DNA of 64,000 nt, from NCBI GenBank assembly GCA_963713615.1, contig CAVQMM010000001.1, positions 1,536,001 through 1,600,000 on the forward strand. Reading direction: 5' to 3'. The stretch is from an uncultured Chlamydiae bacterium. Lineage in GTDB: Bacteria > Chlamydiota > Chlamydiia > Chlamydiales > JAJFMA01. Within the stretch, counting starts at the first letter, position 1. Every line of letters begins with the position of its first letter. Of the stretch, positions 60,022 to 64,000 are shown piece by piece. The translations under genes and the position numbers were made by a program. The notes under the pieces are model-generated. The model searched no databases, was not told the DNA's origin, and saw nothing but the letters and a program-made list of their open reading frames with translations.

Positions 60022-61074
60022 CTAGGATAACCAACCATGGTTCTTGAGACGATGGAAGGCTACTTCGACTTGCTCAAGTCTCATTAGATGCGCTTTGCGC
60101 GTATTCCAATCCTGTATTGCTTTAAATACGATCTCAAAACTCAGCGGACAATCTCCAATCTCACGCGTTGCAGCCCAGTGGACAGTTGCTAACAACTCCA
60201 TCCCTAAGGGTGTTTCAAAACCTTCAACAAGCTGTGATACCCTATCGAAACGAGCTCGCGTATCGTTATGTTCCCTTAAAAATTGCTCCGCTTCCTCCAC
60301 CGCCATTGGGTCAAGCATAATTGGAGCTTCCGGCTTATTCAAACCAGCGGCATAACCATTAATAAAATGCCCGTCCAGCCTTTCCAAAACATGGCGTAGC
60401 ACATCAGCGTAAGGGCCATAGGGGGCCTTTTCGAATTTTACCTTATTCAATTCTTCGCCCGCCTCAACCAGAAAATAGACCAACTTTTGAATTTCCAATA
60501 ACGAGATTTCATAGACAAACCCCGGAACAAGATAGCGCTTAATCAGACCGATTATTACGGCCCTTCCCACAGTCATATTGGGGCGTGTTGATAGCTTTGC
60601 AATTCTCAGGGGCTTAGGCAAACCACTTGGTTCATAAACTAACCAACGCACCTCAGGCAATTCCTCAAAAGCCAATCGCATGAGGTGTTGAACCTCCTCC
60701 CAAGACAGTCCACCTAATCCACACCCTAGTGGTGGAACTGCTACAGAACGGATACCAAGACGACGAACATCACATATCAGGGCCTGTAACCCAGTCTCGA
60801 TATCGTCAAGCCTTGACTTGCTACGCCAGTGTCGTTTTGTGGGAAAATTAATTATGTACTTTGGATTACTCAGGGAATTACAATGATGGATGAACATTCG
60901 ACCTGGCCGCACATCACCAGCTCTGCATGCGCGTCTATATGCTTTATAGTTGTCAGGGTAAGCGTTTCGAAATTGCAAAGCAACGCCCTTTCCCATAACA
61001 CCTTCTGTATTGACGGTGTTCACGAAGGCCTCCGCATCGGCGTCAAAAAGATTTCCCTGCACTAACTCGAACAT
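60022..61074 (-). CDS. darG: DarG macrodomain antitoxin (DNA ADP-ribosylglycohydrolase)
   Basis: Motifs VNTVNTEGVMGKGVALQF, INFPTKRHW, PPLGCGLGGL and C-terminal EIQKL.YF...YGPY...MELLATVH. Confidence 0.93.
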   Translation of the reverse strand: MFELVQGNLFDADAEAFVNTVNTEGVMGKGVALQFRNAYPDNYKAYRRACRAGDVRPGRMFIHHCNSLSNPKYIINFPTKRHWRSKSRLDDIETGLQALICDVRRLGIRSVAVPPLGCGLGGLSWEEVQHLMRLAFEELPEVRWLVYEPSGLPKPLRIAKLSTRPNMTVGRAVIIGLIKRYLVPGFVYEISLLEIQKLVYFLVEAGEELNKVKFEKAPYGPYADVLRHVLERLDGHFINGYAAGLNKPEAPIMLDPMAVEEAEQFLREHNDTRARFDRVSQLVEGFETPLGMELLATVHWAATREIGDCPLSFEIVFKAIQDWNTRKAHLMRLEQVEVAFHRLKNHGWLS

Positions 61075-61083
61075 AACTACCTT

Positions 61084-61704
61084 TCAATAATACCAGTCGC
61101 TTCTAACCTCAACCTGAGGTTGATGCATTGAAACTTGAATAATACTTTGTACTCTATCAGCCATGGCTTGATTTTTTACCACAACCCTCTCTATCGCAGT
61201 CCAGGGACATCTATTATGAACCAGGAATTCCGCCTGTCTTTTTTCTTTGGTCTCTGGGGGCTTATTCCAATATTTCAATGACATGCTGTTCCAATCCACT
61301 TCAGTGCTAAGCCCGTCCAAAGTATCAAATTGCCGTGCATATTTAAGATCTGCATGGAGATCAGTCCAAAGCCAAGCCTGTCCTGTTACCAAAATCGAGT
61401 TTACCGAACTTACGAGATGTAATATAGGCTCCTGCCCACCAGAATAATCATCGTGTCCCTTAAATAATACAAAAAGCATTACTGAACGATTGCAGAAATT
61501 AAATGGCACATAATCGCCTAATACCCCTAATTTCGAGACTGTTACTGCATGCTTTAACCGCCGTTCTTTTATATGGGCATACCCCACATTCGTATGGGGT
61601 GGCTTCCTGCTCAATCGTTCGCTATCGCACCAAAGACCCCCGTCAGCAATTATGCTGGCCAAGTTATCGATATGGGTAATGTGATAAATGGAATGCTGAG
61701 TCAA
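61084..61704 (-). CDS. darT: DarT ssDNA ADP-ribosyltransferase toxin (DUF4433); start uncertain, TTG at 61704 likely
   Basis: Motifs IYHITHIDNL, IKERR, DYVPF and KRQAEFLV (catalytic Glu intact), WYY end. Confidence 0.92.
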   Translation of the reverse strand: MTQHSIYHITHIDNLASIIADGGLWCDSERLSRKPPHTNVGYAHIKERRLKHAVTVSKLGVLGDYVPFNFCNRSVMLFVLFKGHDDYSGGQEPILHLVSSVNSILVTGQAWLWTDLHADLKYARQFDTLDGLSTEVDWNSMSLKYWNKPPETKEKRQAEFLVHNRCPWTAIERVVVKNQAMADRVQSIIQVSMHQPQVEVRSDWYY

Positions 61705-62006
61705 GGGTAATAGTCCTGTCGTGCCAACACGGTCCCATCGATGCGGCCCCAAATGTTACGGAGAGGGAATTCTAGCTTGGCCTATGCCACATGTCAAGTT
61801 GTAAAAAATCAAAATTTCAATGAGTCAGCGTTTCCATTACAACCTCAGGTCGCCACACTCAGCAACATGGGGGCCGGAAATAATTATAGCAGAATCAACT
61901 AAGCGCACCTGACCGTGAACAGATAAAGTAAAGTCTGATAGTTGTTGAAAATTCTAGGTAATGCTAATATAAAACACTTGCAATCGCTATCAATGAAGTG
62001 ATTTAC

Positions 62007-62260
62007 ATGATGCATTGCGTCATTATTTTTTTGACCGCCCAGCTAAGCATCGCAAGCATTACATATGGCTGGGAAGGTTATGATAGGGAAGCCGGCGGTT
62101 ATAGCGAAATTGAAAAATGGTGAGACTTGGTTACGATATAAAAATGTGCCACTGGACCGATGGAGAATACATAGAAGAAGAAGTGCTCGATGTATCTTAG
62201 GGCGAAGTTGAGACCTACAAACTCGAGACCGGCGAATATCATGTGTACGACATAGATTAA
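62007..62260 (+). pseudogene. DUF5334-like small secreted protein, degraded
   Basis: Signal-like start then WEGYDREAGGYSEIEK...WTDGEYIEEEV...EVETYKLETGEYHVYDID*, with a frameshift and an in-frame stop. Confidence 0.5.
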
Positions 62261-62332
62261 ATCTGGTGATGAAAAGTCCTGAACAATAACCAAGAAAAGA
62301 GAACATATAGCTCTCAATAGAGGAGAAGGAAA

Positions 62333-62498
62333 ATGAATCAACTACTGGTTTTAACATGTGTAGCCATACTTCAGTTCACAGGGTTAGTGGCTGACACGAG
62401 CTGCAACAGTTTCCAGAGCATTGCAGCTCAAAATGACTTTGCAACCTACGGTGATCTTAATGAATCCAACTCGGACACCCTGCTTGCGTCGATACTAA
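62333..62498 (+). pseudogene. N-terminus of a secreted protein cut by IS1634
   Basis: RBS GGAGAAGG and signal-like MNQLLVLTCVAILQFTGLVA, running into the IS end. Confidence 0.45.
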
Positions 62499-64000
62499 CC
62501 TCATTTCCCGTGAAAATTGTAACTAGGTCTGGCCCGGCAACGCAATTTTTAGACCCTGTAAAATTTCCCTCTGTGGTTTTGTAACCTCGGTGAGGATATG
62601 GCCGTACTTACCAGAATACTTTATTTTAGTCAGTGTATCCATTTCTTGTAGAAGCTCCCGAACCGTGTATCGTTTAATAAGACCAGACTGTCTCATTTCT
62701 TTGCGCAGAGCGCTCATGTAAATAAGGGCAATGAATTGCACAAAAAGCCTGCCATCAACAGTTGCTGAACTATGCATGCGTAAGCGTTTCATATCCAACT
62801 GATTTTTCAGGTCATCAAAGCACTTTTCTACCACATCTTTGTCTCGGTAGATTTGCAAGGACTCCACCGGATCCTTAATACTATTGGTCAACAGCGCTTG
62901 GAATCCAGCATAGCGGTTGATGTACTGACTCACAGCTTGATCATTGTACGAGACTCGTATGCCTCGCTTGCGGGTGGTCTTTATCACAAAAAATGCGTCG
63001 TACGCATCTTGATGCGCGTTAATCAAATCTCCTGATTCCAGTTCCTTCTTATACCCAACCAATTCTTCAGTAAACTGATCGACGGCGGTGGCTCGTGCAT
63101 GAGCATTGTAGTAGAGGTGTAGATAGCAGCGACGCTTGTCATCCCCCCATGGGTACAGACGAGAGTGAACATATAGGATCTCATTATCAAGCTTTTGGTA
63201 TCCCTCAGGCCCATGGATCACCCCATAAATGTCATTTATAGCGAGTTGTACCCACTTGTTCTTCAGAGGGATTGATAGAGTAAATCTGTCCCTGGCAGCA
63301 AGCAGGTGATCAACATTTTTTTTGCTGTAGAACCCTTTGTCCATCACGTAGTGAAGTTTCTTTATCTCCAGAGCTTTGAAGGTCTTCAAGAGGTTGTGTA
63401 ATGTAGTCACATCGGTGATGTTGCCCGGAGTCCGTTCGAAATACACTGGCAAACGTCCCTTCTGGCCGAAGAGTATGGCAAGATTCAGCTGTGGTAACTT
63501 ATCCAGGTCGCGGTTGTGGCCGTATTTGATGTATTCATTGAGCTCAGAATATGAGGAAATAGAAGTGATGTCGTAACAGAGATAATCATCCTCTAACACT
63601 TTATTCATCCACTTGGTGAAAAAGGTTTGCTTCTTATCGATGCTAATGGCGCCAAGGATTTCGCTAATCCTCTGGCTGGTTAAGCACTCAACGGAAGGCA
63701 CATGGTTCTTGCACCATGTCCCGCAATAGCTCAGAGGCCCTCCTTGAATGGCAAGATAATAGGCCATTGCCTGAATCTGTTGGTACTCCTGAGGGAAGCA
63801 AGACCTCAACAACTGTTTCAGGCCTAACTGCTCGGTAATAGCATCGAGCACGATCGAAGGTCCCACAACTTCAGCAGATGCAGTGACCGCGGGATCTCGA
63901 ATGACTGCCTGTTCAGGTTTAAGACGCTTGGAGGGAATGAACTCTCCGGTGACTGGATCGAGCTTACCCACACACACTTGCTTATTACGAGACTGTTTTT
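62499..64000 (-). mobile_element. IS1634-family element (transposase 62523 to beyond 64000, 5' end outside the window)
   Basis: Motifs YDITSISSYS, YGHNRD..LPQ.N, VMDKGFYS and Y..KD.VEK.F..LKN. The end resembles CCTCATTTCCCG. Confidence 0.9.

Noticed and set aside
61860..61900. GGGGGCCGGAA as a second att site or tmRNA start
   Set aside because: Too short, and it does not match the remnant at 48343-48382.

Overview
AT-rich bacterial chromosome segment, probably from a host-associated organism such as environmental Chlamydiota. That assignment is inferred from the ankyrin/effector-like genes and no marker gene confirms it. Positions 1-32 kb are a patchwork of metabolic and transport genes (mgtA 3' end, HAD hydrolase, glgX-treY, P1B ATPase, Zn-ADH, class D beta-lactamase, ThDP enzyme with a CMD protein, kdpFABC, DUF6580 transporter) plus two effector-like proteins that share a cysteine-protease-like domain. 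Positions 32-64 kb are a decayed defence/mobile island containing XRE-ImmA/PIN, a shattered Fic gene, an IS21 nested in ISAs1, an AAA-nuclease, three IS66 copies with a passenger gene, a RAYT, an ABC-ATPase/TOPRIM pair, a tRNA 3' att remnant, a phage-satellite-like primase/ori module, darTG and IS1634. The most notable unannotated signal is two colinear 160-bp GGCC-ended MITE families (7 copies, 8-bp target duplications). They differ by compensatory substitutions that preserve one long hairpin with a kink-turn-like core, and each full insertion adds a frame-neutral 168 bp. Several other palindromic repeat families and two candidate cis-regulatory RNA structures between kdpF and the DUF6580 gene are also present.
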